64,000 nucleotides of DNA. Origin: the human T2T-CHM13v2.0 reference genome, Homo sapiens. Positions within the stretch are counted from its first letter, which is position 1; each line of letters opens with the position of its first letter. The stretch is taken from assembly GCF_009914755.1 (NCBI RefSeq), contig NC_060930.1. One strand, given 5' to 3'. A model generated the notes under the pieces. The model worked only from the letters and a program-made list of their open reading frames with translations. It had not been told where the DNA came from and ran no database searches. Below, in pieces: positions 62,521 to 64,000 of this stretch. A program made the position numbers and the translations under genes.

Positions 62521-62712
62521 TCTGCCCAAGACCTTTGTTTGCCATTTAAATGAAATGAAAACGTGCGTATCCAGGTGGACACATCCATGCAGCAACACCC
62601 CTGCCTCTGGGCTCTAGATGCTTGGTGGGCGGGCAGTCACTGTGGCCACACTGCAGAGACAGCAGTGCAGTTTCCAAACGGAGTTCTTTGGGCTTCACAT
62701 GCCCAGCCTGCT

Positions 62713-63690
62713 TCTTTTTTAAAATTTCTATTTTAATTTTAGATTCAGGGAGTCCATGTGCGGGTTTATTACGAGGGTATATTGCATGATGCTGAGCGTC
62801 CGGGCTTCTATCGACCTGGTTACCCAGATAGTGAACGTAGTACCCAATAGGGAGTTTTTCAGCCCTTGCTCTGCTCCTTCCTTCTCTCCTTTTGGAGTCC
62901 TCAGCGTCTATTGTTCCCATCTTTTTGTCCGTGTGCACCCAATATTTAGCTCCCACTTATAAGTGAGAACATGCAGTATTTAGTTTTCTGTTTCTGTATT
63001 ATTTCGCTTAGGATAATGACCTTCAGCTGCATCCATGTTGCTGCCAAGGACGTGATTTTGTTTTCTTTTTTTTAAGGGCTGTGTAGTATTCTGTGGTGTG
63101 TGTGTACCACATTTTCTTAATCCATTCCACCATTGATGGGCACCTAGGTTGATTCCATGTCTTTGCTATTGTGAATAGTGCTATGAGGAACACAGGAGCT
63201 CATGTGTCTTTTTGGTAGAATGATTTTTTTGGGGCGGGGGGTATATACCCAGTAATGGGACTGCTGGGTTGAATGGTAGTTCTATTTTTAGTTCTTTGAG
63301 AAATCTCCAAACTGCTTTCCACAGTGGCCGAACTAATTTACATTCGCACCAACAGCAAATAAGCATTCCTTTTTCTCTGCAGCCTTGCCAATATCTGTTT
63401 TTTTTTGTTTTGTTTTGTTTTTACTTTTTAATAATAATGACTGCTGTGAAGTGGTATCTCATTGTGATTTTGATTTACATTTTCCTAATGATCAGTATGT
63501 TGAGCATTTTTTTCATGTTTGTTGGCCACTTGTATGTCTTCTTTTGAAAAATGTCTGTTCATATCCTTTGCTCTCTTTTTAATGGGGTTATTGATTCTTT
63601 TCTTGCTGATTTAAGTTCCTTATAAATTCTGGATATTAGTCCTTTGTCTGCGGCATATTGCAAATATTTTCTCCCATTCTGTAGGTTGTT
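62713..63690 (-). mobile_element. Older L1P 3' end
   Basis: AGCTCCCACTTATAAGTGAGAACATG 3' UTR motif; ORF2 C-terminal remnant CWCECKLVRPLWKAVWRFLKELK. Confidence 0.88.
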
Positions 63691-64000
63691 CATACATCTC
63701 CATCAACTCTGTATTGCTTATAGTATGTGGTCCAAACACTTATCATACAATTCAGGTCCTTCAGTCTGGACATTACCTACCTTTCCAGTGTTATTTGCCA
63801 CCCGTCTGGTATATGCAGTCCATTCCAGGGGACATTAACCTGCACACTGATCTCCAAAAAGGACATGCTCTCTGAAGTTTCTGAGTCTCTGCTCACACTA
63901 ATCCATTACCTGGAATGACCCTCTCTGCTTCCTCGCCTGGGGCATCTCACTCATTCTTCATGATGCAGCTCATCTATCTGTGATACGTCCCACTAGTTGC

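Overview
Primate (almost certainly human) genomic DNA, recognisable as the 6p25 beta-tubulin cluster region. The only intact protein-coding gene is TUBB2B (minus strand, 4 exons, 57+109+111+1061 nt, 445 aa, with the isotype-diagnostic Thr55 and Cys201), with a CpG-island promoter. About 49 kb away, on the same strand, lies an intron-containing beta-tubulin pseudogene (TUBB2BP1-like, ~6260-9417). It is a mosaic: exon 1 has decayed, exons 2-3 are TUBB2A-like, and a truncated, frameshifted exon 4 is ~99% identical to TUBB2B and carries paralogous variants such as A248V and Q291P. The rest is repeat-dense: nested LTR12/HERV-H/Alu, an old ERVL-type provirus, a twin-primed L1, piggyBac MER75, Tigger, many Alus, a 26 x 36-bp minisatellite with higher-order structure and a 1.6-kb (CAC)n-type array. 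Repeat family names come from recognition, not from a RepeatMasker run, and repeat boundaries are approximate. I find no convincing novel protein-coding system; the best signal is the gene-conversion mosaic pseudogene.
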